IMG/VR virus record: IMGVR_UViG_3300025723_001174
Location: 5,331-69,330 of that record
Direction: 5' to 3' (one strand)
DNA length: 64,000 nt
Source: a virus
Taxonomy: Duplodnaviria > Caudoviricetes
Part shown: piece by piece, positions 1-8,557 of the stretch
Layout of the letters: every line of letters begins with the position of its first letter
Numbering within the stretch: position 1 is the stretch's first letter
The notes under the pieces: model-generated
What the model was told of the DNA's origin: nothing
The model's database searches: none
Seen by the model: the letters and a program-made list of their open reading frames with translations, nothing else
Program-made: the position numbers and the translations under genes

Positions 1-1
1 G

Positions 2-631
2 TGCTGTACGTTTCATAGCACCTAGTACTTTACCTCCAATGACCAATACACGCAGATCTTCTCCGATACGTTCACCCATATACTTTTGTACTATCATGGT
101 TTTCTTGTTGCCAAGATTATCAATGAACTCCATGAGCTTTTTGTAGTCACGTTTCTTTTCGCAAAGATAAACACCTTCTCCATATGATCCAGTAACAACT
201 TTGACCACACACGGAAATCCAATATTAGTTTCAACAAGCCCATCGTCGATTGGCATGCGAACCATCATGGTATTTGGAATAGCTATTCCGGCTCGACTAA
301 GAATTTGACTGGTGCGCAGTTTATCTTTAACTGTTTCAATCGGCAAACTTCCGTTGATACAGGGAACTCCTGCTTGCTCAAAGTGCCTGACCACGGCCAA
401 TTGGAATGGCAATATGCCTGCCCCTAACCTAACTAAAACCAATTTAGGTAGTTCTAGATCTTGCCCTTTGTATTTTATACCCTTGCGAATATCACGGTCA
501 ACAATGATGTCAAAATCATCCGGGTGGCACATTAGCGCCGTGATACCTTTTTGTGCAAAACTTTCTACGAGTCGGTTAGATTCGTATTCATTACGATCTA
601 GTTTCGTCAATATTAGAACTGTCATTGTCAT
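2..631 (-). CDS. rimK: RimK-family ATP-grasp ligase (alpha-L-glutamate ligase), 3' end runs off the window
   Basis: Not in ORF track. Manual translation: MTMTVLILTKLDRNEYESNRL...VKDKLRTSQIL...IPNT...FPCVVKVVTGSYGEGVYL...IVQKYM...DLRVLVIGGKVLGAMKR, the ATP-grasp/RimK motifs. Start overlaps the upstream gene end. Confidence 0.85.
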   Translation of the reverse strand, partial: MTMTVLILTKLDRNEYESNRLVESFAQKGITALMCHPDDFDIIVDRDIRKGIKYKGQDLELPKLVLVRLGAGILPFQLAVVRHFEQAGVPCINGSLPIETVKDKLRTSQILSRAGIAIPNTMMVRMPIDDGLVETNIGFPCVVKVVTGSYGEGVYLCEKKRDYKKLMEFIDNLGNKKTMIVQKYMGERIGEDLRVLVIGGKVLGAMKRTA

Positions 632-1379
632 GGCCTTTCGTCCAAGTTATTATTTCCCAACGACCATCATGATGTTCGACTAGTGCTGTCATAGACTCGA
701 CCCAATCACCGTCATTCATATATATTATGTCGTTGACATATTTAATTTCTGCGTGGTGTATGTGGCCACAAATAACTCCATCAAAGCCTCTTTTTTTACA
801 GTATGCCGCTATGTTCTTTTCAAACTGAAACATGAAATCTGCGGCCTTTTTGACTCTGTGCTTTAGGAATTTACTTAGGCTCCAATATCCTAGCCCTAGT
901 TTGTGTCGTAGGAAATTAAATTTGCTGTTTAATTCTAGCACAAAGTCATACATCTTGTCACCTAAAAAGGCTAACCATGGTGCCAATTTGGTGATCCCGT
1001 CAAACAAATCTCCGTGAGTTACTAGATAATGCTTACCATCCACTCCAATATGTTCTGTTTGATTTTTGATCTCTACCAAGCCAAAGCTCAAACCATATGG
1101 TATGAGAGGCCTAAGGAATTCATCGTGATTGCCGGCAACATATACAACCCTAGTGCCGCGTTTAGCGTGGCCAAGGATACGGCGAACAACATTAGAATGA
1201 GATTGCTTCCATCTCCATTTGTTCTGTTGGATTTTCCATGCATCAATTATGTCCCCTATGAGGTAAAGAGTTTCGCAGGAATTGTGTTTGAGGAAGTTGT
1301 TGAGTTCGGCCGCTTTACAGTCACGTGTGCCTAAGTGTACATCTGAAATAAAAATACTGCGATAAGTTTTAGCTTTCAT
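591..1379 (-). CDS. lpxH: UDP-2,3-diacylglucosamine hydrolase-like metallophosphoesterase (LpxH family)
   Basis: Motifs FISDVHLG, LIGDIID, AGNHD, HGD, CGHIH. Start moved to MKAKTYR (1379), 5 nt downstream of TAAATA. Confidence 0.75.
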   Translation of the reverse strand: MKAKTYRSIFISDVHLGTRDCKAAELNNFLKHNSCETLYLIGDIIDAWKIQQNKWRWKQSHSNVVRRILGHAKRGTRVVYVAGNHDEFLRPLIPYGLSFGLVEIKNQTEHIGVDGKHYLVTHGDLFDGITKLAPWLAFLGDKMYDFVLELNSKFNFLRHKLGLGYWSLSKFLKHRVKKAADFMFQFEKNIAAYCKKRGFDGVICGHIHHAEIKYVNDIIYMNDGDWVESMTALVEHHDGRWEIITWTKGHDNDSSNIDETRS

Positions 1380-1430
1380 GCCTGTATTTATCGCAGTATA
1401 GTGTTGCAAAAGATTACAAGTGCGTTACAC

Positions 1431-1589
1431 TTAAATCCTAACCACCGTCCACTTTGTATCAAATGGTTTGCCTTCGGCGCGGTGCTTTAGTATCTTACGG
1501 AATTCTTCTTTACGAAGTTCCATAATTGCATCTTCATCGTGTCGGAAGCAGGCCTTGTACAACTTACGAACTAACTTTTGTTGTTTCAT
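1431..1589 (-). CDS. small basic hypothetical protein (52 aa, [27 protein letters not shown]...)
   Basis: Manual ORF with strong SD AAGGAGG and TAAATA at 1611-1616. Confidence 0.7.
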   Translation of the reverse strand: MKQQKLVRKLYKACFRHDEDAIMELRKEEFRKILKHRAEGKPFDTKWTVVRI

Positions 1590-1613
1590 GGCTTTGTCCT
1601 CCTTGAAAAGTAT

Positions 1614-2345
1614 TTAGTAATTATCTGCCAATGCAATAGCTTCTGGAGCACGTGTTCTTGTGTTCCTACTGCCTAACAATATAACTATCCTACGTCCTAG
1701 TTTAGCATCTAACATCATCACAATGCAACCTCCGCTAGCCCGAATGTATCCAGTTTTACTAACAATGAAGTCGTGCTTATCGATTAATGGATTGGTATTA
1801 CGAAACGTCCATAATCTTTTTTTCTGTTTGATCGAACCGTTGGCCATTTTGGCACACTCGACGATCTCTGGATAAGTAGAAGCAACCATTACAATAGTAA
1901 CCAATTCTTCTGCTGTGCTAGTATTCATTACACTTAGCCCAGTAGGCTCGACATAGTGAGTATTTGGTAAATTTAAAAATCTTGCCTTTTCATTCATTGC
2001 AAGTATACAAGCAGTTCTACCACCTGGGTAGTTATTGCATAATAACTCAGCGGCATGATTATCAGATCTAATCAGTGCCAGTTGAATAGTTTGACCACGA
2101 GTGAACAAACCAATTTTCTCATTAAGATCTTGATGTGCATCTAGTACAATCATTACAGTCATTAGCTTACTAATGCTGGCTATACTGTGTAGTTGTTTGG
2201 AATTTTGACTTTGAATAATTCTGCCATCGCCGTCGGCGACCAACCAGGAGTCTGCGGTAATAGGCATAAGTTTGGAATCGGCATAGCTTGTTGTCCAATT
2301 ACAAAGTAAGGTGCAAAATACAAATATAAAAAAGTATATACGCAT
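1614..2345 (-). CDS. pbpG: peptidase S11 D-alanyl-D-alanine endo/carboxypeptidase (PBP7/PbpG-like)
   Basis: Signal peptide; SxxK (SISK), SxN (SDN) and KTG motifs; YVEPTGL. Confidence 0.85.
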   Translation of the reverse strand: MRIYFFIFVFCTLLCNWTTSYADSKLMPITADSWLVADGDGRIIQSQNSKQLHSIASISKLMTVMIVLDAHQDLNEKIGLFTRGQTIQLALIRSDNHAAELLCNNYPGGRTACILAMNEKARFLNLPNTHYVEPTGLSVMNTSTAEELVTIVMVASTYPEIVECAKMANGSIKQKKRLWTFRNTNPLIDKHDFIVSKTGYIRASGGCIVMMLDAKLGRRIVILLGSRNTRTRAPEAIALADNY

Positions 2346-2381
2346 GTATCTATTGTAGCATCTATAAATGGATAGGTCAAA

Positions 2382-4421
2382 TTACTTTTCATGAGCTATG
2401 AATTCCCCATTCCAGTTATCTGGTAGGTCTTGTTGTTTCATAAAATCACAACGTTCAATCCATATCTTATAATATTTGTCCATCTGTCCGCCGAAATTAC
2501 CAATTAGTTTCTTACACATAGCGGCCGCTTCGTCAAACTTTTTCTGTTTGTACAAGGCATGCATAGCATTATGTTGTTCTCGGTCTTTAGTATAATCATT
2601 GCCCTTAGTACGCAATGCTGTATAAATCAAATCTGCTACTGTCTTGCCTTTTGGTTGCAGGTTATCTAATAGCAGGTAAAAGAAATCATCTTTAGTACGA
2701 TTGTATGTTTCAGCACCAATAATACATAGTACACCGTAGGCTTTACAACGTGCTTCTAAGCGAGCCGCAGTTGAAACCATATCACCTAAGATGTCATAGC
2801 TGTGTCTTTCTGTTGAACCCATCTCACCAATAAAGCCAATACCACTATTACATCCCCATCCCATAGCCGCAGGAGGCAAACCTTGTGCTTCCATTATCTT
2901 AGTATACTCATCTACCTTGTCTAGCATTTCAAGCCCAACCCTAACAATAGTGCGGGCATGATTGGGATCTTCGATAGGAGCACCATGTATGTGCATTGAC
3001 GCATCGCCTACATACTTGATTATCATACCCTTGTTGTCCATCATAGGTTGACTAATAGCATCCATATAACCGTTCATGTATTTGCCTAAACCAGCAACGT
3101 CATCCCCATAGTGTTCACCGATTGGAGTAAATCCACGCAGGTCACTAAACATAACTGACACATCCTTGCGTACTCCACGCTTGATTAAGTCTGGATCTTG
3201 TTGTAGCATCTGTACAACTTCTTTAGAGCAGTAACCAGCAAACTGTTTTTTAATAGCCTGCTTCTCTAGGAATTCGCTTATAAACTTAACCCCATAAGCA
3301 TGTAACATAACCAGTGTAAGCCCGCCACTAAGAATAGTAGCATCAAAAAGATAAAGATAATGCTGAAAAGCAATTCTGCTACTAAGCAGAGAAATAACAA
3401 TAAAACCAATACCACTAATAAGTCCAACATACGTCCACCTTGTTAAGAATAATAAAGCAATGCCTGCTACTATTAAAGATAAAATTTCAGCGCCATCCGC
3501 CCAATCTGGTCTTTGTATAACAACGCCGTTGACCATAGTGCCTATGACTGATGCAACAGCATCCTGTGGCCATACTGCACCTTTGCTTGTAGGTATTGGA
3601 TTACCGATACCGGCCGCTGTAGTTCCTACTATAACTATAGCACCTCCAAAGTCTTTGGGCAAATCTACTAAACTAACTTGATTGTTTTGCTGACTCCAGT
3701 CAATCCATATCCTACCTAAGCTGTCTGTGCTTATAGCTCCAAACTTAGGGATACGCATTTTCTCAACACCATTTTCGTTAAGTTTGACTTGAAAGGTTGA
3801 ATCGCCGGCCGCAACTCTGAGTGTCTCTAGAGCTATGCTCGGATATAATTTTCCATCGATAGCGGCTATCAATGGTAGTCGACGATTCACCCCGTCTACC
3901 TCTGGGAGTGTGTTAGTTGTTCCAATACCTGCGGCTGGATTTTCTAATGCAGGTACGTTAGCTATCAGTCCGGGATATTGAAGTATTGTGTTTAAGTAAT
4001 TCGATCCTATTACAGCCGATCCTGGAGGTCTCGGAGTGTTTTTTGTTTTCTGTGAAGGAGTATTTGCTAAGACTACAGGGTACTGGCTTAGAGTTTGACC
4101 CAGAGTAGAGTCTCCACCTGAACGGTCTTTCTCTGGCATGAGTATATCAAATACAACAAGCCCTGCTCCCCTCTTATATAGATCTCGTATAATGTTGGCA
4201 TATTCTGCTCTTGGTAATGGCCACTGACCGTACTTGTCTAATGTAGCTTCATCTATATTTACGGTGTATATGTTGTTAGGGGTAGGAGCTTTGGCAGTAA
4301 TAAGAGTATCAAAATATCTTAGTCTTACGCTTTCTACAAAAGATGGATCAGTTATTCTTATACCTAACACTAATGCTAGAGTCAATAATGCTGTCCAAGG
4401 ACTTAATAAGATTTTCTTCAT
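2382..4421 (-). CDS. CHASE2-domain class III adenylate/guanylate cyclase
   Basis: N-terminal TM, CHASE2 (VNIDE..L..YGQWP.PR), three TM helices, cyclase motifs FSDLRGFT, IKYVGDA, GDMVSTAARLE. Confidence 0.92.
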   Translation of the reverse strand: MKKILLSPWTALLTLALVLGIRITDPSFVESVRLRYFDTLITAKAPTPNNIYTVNIDEATLDKYGQWPLPRAEYANIIRDLYKRGAGLVVFDILMPEKDRSGGDSTLGQTLSQYPVVLANTPSQKTKNTPRPPGSAVIGSNYLNTILQYPGLIANVPALENPAAGIGTTNTLPEVDGVNRRLPLIAAIDGKLYPSIALETLRVAAGDSTFQVKLNENGVEKMRIPKFGAISTDSLGRIWIDWSQQNNQVSLVDLPKDFGGAIVIVGTTAAGIGNPIPTSKGAVWPQDAVASVIGTMVNGVVIQRPDWADGAEILSLIVAGIALLFLTRWTYVGLISGIGFIVISLLSSRIAFQHYLYLFDATILSGGLTLVMLHAYGVKFISEFLEKQAIKKQFAGYCSKEVVQMLQQDPDLIKRGVRKDVSVMFSDLRGFTPIGEHYGDDVAGLGKYMNGYMDAISQPMMDNKGMIIKYVGDASMHIHGAPIEDPNHARTIVRVGLEMLDKVDEYTKIMEAQGLPPAAMGWGCNSGIGFIGEMGSTERHSYDILGDMVSTAARLEARCKAYGVLCIIGAETYNRTKDDFFYLLLDNLQPKGKTVADLIYTALRTKGNDYTKDREQHNAMHALYKQKKFDEAAAMCKKLIGNFGGQMDKYYKIWIERCDFMKQQDLPDNWNGEFIAHEK

Positions 4422-4424
4422 TGA

Positions 4425-5177
4425 TTAACCTTTTTTACTTTTCATGTAGTTCTGTATGCTGGCCAAGTAGTCTCCGAATATATTATGTCTTTTGTGTATT
4501 TCTACTTTGGGAGCCATAGAGCCGTTGATAGCTCGAGTTACTGCGGCTGTATCTGAAAAGTCTTTTACTTTAGGAGCAACGTTCTTTTTCCAGAACCATA
4601 CAGCAATCTTAGCGGCTTCTTGTGTATCTGCGGCTAGGTCGGGGTTCTTTACAAAGTGGTTTGGGTCTCCGTAGAGATCTTTACCTGCGTCCATATAGTT
4701 GCCTTTGCCTGTTAACTGTATGAAACCGCGGCCAACATATTTTAGTGCGTCTTTGTTTCCTTCGTTACCAGTTGAGTGTTTGTATTTTGTTGATAATTGC
4801 TTTGGTCGACCTATTTCGCCCATGTGTTTGAATTCTCCAGTTTCTGCAGAACATTGTGCAAGAAACTGTGCTAATTCTGTTTGATTATTAATACCACTTG
4901 TTACAGCCTGCTTCCACAGTATTCTATAAGCAGTATCTGGATCCAGTTGCTTGGTTTGTACTAGGGGTTGTACTTTTGTCGAATGAGGATCTATAGTAGG
5001 CTTTTGTTGCTGATGTTTTACTTGTTGTGAGTGTGCGGCATGTGTTTTAGCCGTATCGTGCTGTTGTGGTGCTTTGGCGTGGGCACCTCCACTGAACGCT
5101 AGACCTGTAGCTAGGGCACCGGCCGCCGCTAGGTCTTTCCATCCTTCTTCTACTTCAATAAATTCGTTTGCTCGCAT
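4425..5177 (-). CDS. glycoside hydrolase family 19 (chitinase-like lysin) with capsid-targeting-like N-terminus
   Basis: LAQFLAQCSAETG, YVGRGFIQLTGKGNY, AVWFW, VTRAING. Confidence 0.88.
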   Translation of the reverse strand: MRANEFIEVEEGWKDLAAAGALATGLAFSGGAHAKAPQQHDTAKTHAAHSQQVKHQQQKPTIDPHSTKVQPLVQTKQLDPDTAYRILWKQAVTSGINNQTELAQFLAQCSAETGEFKHMGEIGRPKQLSTKYKHSTGNEGNKDALKYVGRGFIQLTGKGNYMDAGKDLYGDPNHFVKNPDLAADTQEAAKIAVWFWKKNVAPKVKDFSDTAAVTRAINGSMAPKVEIHKRHNIFGDYLASIQNYMKSKKG

Positions 5178-5192
5178 CTAATATTTAGCCGT

Positions 5193-5216
5193 AAAAATAG
5201 GATCACTGGGATCCTA
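5193..5216 (-). terminator. intrinsic terminator (TAGGATC-CCAGT-GATCCTA + TTTTT) with alternative pairings upstream
   Basis: 7-bp perfect stem and T-tract on the minus strand. Confidence 0.6.
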
Positions 5217-5265
5217 CTACTGGTTACGGGTTCCAGTGATCACCTTATCTTGTGCCCGATTTAAA

Positions 5266-5460
5266 TTATGCGTAACTTTCTGGAGTTGCTGTTTTTTGTA
5301 CTGAATGTACTATTTCATTATTTTCGTCATATACTTTAATGCTATGAGCGTCCGAACTGTTAGAAAATGCAATGGCATGTTCCAAATTTTCAAAGTAATG
5401 ATCTATAATATTCAATACACCATCTTTCCAGTGGTGTGCGCGAAGTTTGTGTCTAGCCAT
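5266..5460 (-). CDS. hypothetical protein (64 aa)
   Basis: ORF with SD AAGGAG; shares WKDG..KVY pattern with the next ORF. Confidence 0.75.
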   Translation of the reverse strand: MARHKLRAHHWKDGVLNIIDHYFENLEHAIAFSNSSDAHSIKVYDENNEIVHSVQKTATPESYA

Positions 5461-5494
5461 ATAATTCTCCTTTACTAACTCTTTAAACTAATAT

Positions 5495-5704
5495 TTATGC
5501 GTAAGTTGGTGGCGGATTTTCTTTAACGAATATCACGTGCCCCTCTGGGTGATACACCTTGGCATCATTTAGGGCCTCTTTACACTTAATTATTGCCGAT
5601 CTTTCGTCGTATGCTTCTGTACGGTCAATATACAACTGACCGTCTTTCCAATAACTAATCTGTATAATATATACTTTAGGTTTAACAACGATTCTTTTAA
5701 CCAA
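5495..5704 (-). CDS. hypothetical protein (69 aa), probable paralog of 5266..5460
   Basis: ORF overlapping the upstream stop; WKDGQL...KVY. Confidence 0.7.
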   Translation of the reverse strand: MVKRIVVKPKVYIIQISYWKDGQLYIDRTEAYDERSAIIKCKEALNDAKVYHPEGHVIFVKENPPPTYA

Positions 5705-6752
5705 AATACTTCTTCCAAATTTTTACAGTATGGCTTGTATATGAGGTCAAGGCCATTTGATTGGTCCAGACGTTGATTTTAGGCCACTTGTATGCTTGAT
5801 ATAATTTATTTGCGATATCATCACTATCTGTAGGATCCGCCGCAAATTGTTCTACTTTCCAAGGAATTTCAATACTGCCAACTAGGGGAACACCCTGACT
5901 AATTAAATCAGCACCTACTATGTTAAATGTTTCTGAAAAACTAACCTGTAGTCCTATATCCATCTGTGAGCAAAGATCCAAGAATCCTTCTCTAGGAGTC
6001 CATTCGTGATTTATCAATCGATGGCCTGCATCGTATAAATGTACAAATGTTGCTTTAAGATTATTGATAGCAGGCTGTCCTTGCATTTCTATTCGCCCGG
6101 CATTTACATGGAAATGCAGTTTCTTGCCTATTTTTTCAGCAAATTTAAGTGCGCCCATGGCCTGCACCATATGATTTTTCAACGGACGGATAGCACCAAA
6201 ACAGCCCACATCGATGTAGTCCTTGTCCTTATTGAATTTTTTAGTCTTATACTGTTGCGGATAGTAGTTGGGCATATAAACTATTTTATCCGCTACTTGT
6301 TTATCAGTCCATGAATTTTTAATTTGAAGGAATGATCGTACCTCTGACATCATTCTAGGAGCATTGATACCTATCAACAAGTTATCAAAGTTTGAATAAT
6401 CTCCTATCCAATCCATAGCCATACCTTCTCCGGCTAAGAAAGGAAGTTCGCTGTGTAAACGTATGATCCATTTTACATTGGGATGTAGTTTACATAATAC
6501 AGAAAATTTTGTAGGTACTACCCAAAGTGCTTCTATAATAACATGTGTTGGTTTATGTTTATTAACTAGTCTATCTATGCAATTATTGTCTATCGCAACT
6601 TCTAGTTCGCTGTCTACTCCCGAAGCTTTCAGCATCTCGTTCATGAAACTTGCTGAATTATAAAGGCCGGTACTGAGCCCAACATGACTGCTGTGTTTAG
6701 TTACACTATAGTCATCACGTCGCTTTAGGATAAAAAGTACTTTTTTGGTCAT
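5697..6752 (-). CDS. glycosyltransferase, GT-B/GT4-like
   Basis: GCFGAIRPLKN, SFSETFNIVGADLISQGVPLV (E-x7 GT4-like motif). Confidence 0.75.
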   Translation of the reverse strand: MTKKVLFILKRRDDYSVTKHSSHVGLSTGLYNSASFMNEMLKASGVDSELEVAIDNNCIDRLVNKHKPTHVIIEALWVVPTKFSVLCKLHPNVKWIIRLHSELPFLAGEGMAMDWIGDYSNFDNLLIGINAPRMMSEVRSFLQIKNSWTDKQVADKIVYMPNYYPQQYKTKKFNKDKDYIDVGCFGAIRPLKNHMVQAMGALKFAEKIGKKLHFHVNAGRIEMQGQPAINNLKATFVHLYDAGHRLINHEWTPREGFLDLCSQMDIGLQVSFSETFNIVGADLISQGVPLVGSIEIPWKVEQFAADPTDSDDIANKLYQAYKWPKINVWTNQMALTSYTSHTVKIWKKYFG

Positions 6753-6778
6753 CGGGGGTATCTTTCGTTTAATAATGC

Positions 6779-6790
6779 TATTTATAAATA
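6779..6790. promoter_or_regulatory. T4-type late promoter TATAAATA, present on both strands (palindrome TATTTATAAATA)
   Basis: Exact gp55-type consensus upstream of the GT gene. Confidence 0.65.
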
Positions 6791-6823
6791 TGTTAGCATT
6801 TAATGATTACAACGATATTACTC

Positions 6824-8557
6824 TTAATTCCCTTGTCTGACCGAAATAGTTCCGCATGTTGAATAGCAGGTTTGATTGACGCTATAACTCTGTCCGCCTG
6901 TTTGTGTTAGGTTAACACTTGCTGGTGCACCAGCATTAGTCAATGCGATTGTAGCAGAGTTAGCAGTCGATCCGCTTTGATTTACTGTAGCACTATTTCC
7001 ATCACCCGTAGTCGAAACGCTAACATAGTGTGCGCCAGTTCCTGACTGTGTGGTTTGTATAGTGTTGTTGTTACCATTTGCACTTATAAATGCCTGCTTC
7101 TGTGTATTGTTGTTTTGACTTACGTTAATATTGTTATAGTTTCCAGTAACATCAATTTCAGCAAAGTGTCCTTGTAGTCCACCATCGTTAGTTTGGCTGG
7201 CATTTACAGTATTGCTGAACCCGCTGACATTTACTTTTTGATAGTTGTCACCAGCACTGATGCCATTGGGATCGCTGGCTTGAACTAGATAAAGATTGTT
7301 ACTGCCTCCAGTTACACTCATATCGATTTCATTCTTACCTATGTTTCCGTTACCCTGTTTAATGCTGATGTAATTATTGCCGTCTTGCACTTTGGCAAAC
7401 TGCTGATTAACACCGCCAATTAAATTGTGTGCGCCAATTTGATTGATGCTGATAACATCGTGATTACCGCTTTGCTGTATATAGATACCACTACCGTTGA
7501 TAGGATTACTGTTAAATGCGTTAACATCATTTTGTTGTTGTGTTGTAATGCCCCCGCCCGATCCTGTGATAGTTGTACTGATTAGCGTAGCAGATCCGTT
7601 ATTAGCAGTAGTTGTACTACCATCACTCCATGTCGTAATAGTTACGGGTTGACTATATGTGTAGGTAGTAGATCCAGATATTGTAGTTGTAATAATAGTT
7701 GAACTGCTAGTTCCGGTTACTGTTGGCGCTAACGAAGTATCGCTATATGTATAACTCTTACCACTTTGCGGCGATATTGCATTGCCGTTGTTATCAGTTA
7801 GGTAAATGTAGAAGTAACCATTACCGTTATCAACAACACTAGCGACCCTACCATACATAATTTGTCCACTATCACAATTAGAACAATGCCAGTATGCTCC
7901 TGATTTTATTTGTTGTACAGTACTATAATCTGAACTATTGCCTTGATATACAAATGCATAAGCACTGCCGCCGCCTGCTACATTCATTTCAGTACCTGTT
8001 GTATAATGCACTACAGGAGGAGGAGCGGCAGGTGTTACAGTTTGCCCTGGTGCTAAAGGAGTCGTACTTCCATTAGTTGCGTATGCATTAACTTGTGCCA
8101 CAGTTGGATTTAGTGTACCAGTCCAAGTAACTCCGCTTGTGTTAGAAAAGCCACTGGTCATACTAAACAACTGTCCAGTGTTATTATCATTTCCTACGAA
8201 GAAAAAATAGTTTGCTCCCATATTGATAATATGTCCAGTACCCATTACTGCTTTTTGTGTGCCATTACTAGTGTATTCTATTGCTTTCCACGGATTAGTT
8301 GTATCACCGGTTGCAACAAAGGAAATATAATCTCCAGCAGACCATTGTACTTGTCCACTGGTCCAAGGAATCTTATAAGCAGTTCCTGGATTCTTTGAAT
8401 AAATTTGACAAGTGGATGAATACATACACGCACTTACATTCCACTGACTATCGGCAACTTGATATTGTCCAAACTTTAAATCAGCCAATCCAGATGCTTG
8501 GCTAAATGCACTAACGCATATAGACACAAGAAATAAGAATTGTATCAGACGTTTCAT
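6824..8557 (-). CDS. secreted protein with N-terminal passenger domain and C-terminal curlin-like (Q-x-G-x-x-N) repeats
   Basis: Signal peptide; C-terminal repeats such as IYIQQSGNHDVISINQIG, NTIQTTQSGTG, NSATVNQSGS; inside the csg cluster. Confidence 0.75.
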   Translation of the reverse strand: MKRLIQFLFLVSICVSAFSQASGLADLKFGQYQVADSQWNVSACMYSSTCQIYSKNPGTAYKIPWTSGQVQWSAGDYISFVATGDTTNPWKAIEYTSNGTQKAVMGTGHIINMGANYFFFVGNDNNTGQLFSMTSGFSNTSGVTWTGTLNPTVAQVNAYATNGSTTPLAPGQTVTPAAPPPVVHYTTGTEMNVAGGGSAYAFVYQGNSSDYSTVQQIKSGAYWHCSNCDSGQIMYGRVASVVDNGNGYFYIYLTDNNGNAISPQSGKSYTYSDTSLAPTVTGTSSSTIITTTISGSTTYTYSQPVTITTWSDGSTTTANNGSATLISTTITGSGGGITTQQQNDVNAFNSNPINGSGIYIQQSGNHDVISINQIGAHNLIGGVNQQFAKVQDGNNYISIKQGNGNIGKNEIDMSVTGGSNNLYLVQASDPNGISAGDNYQKVNVSGFSNTVNASQTNDGGLQGHFAEIDVTGNYNNINVSQNNNTQKQAFISANGNNNTIQTTQSGTGAHYVSVSTTGDGNSATVNQSGSTANSATIALTNAGAPASVNLTQTGGQSYSVNQTCYSTCGTISVRQGN

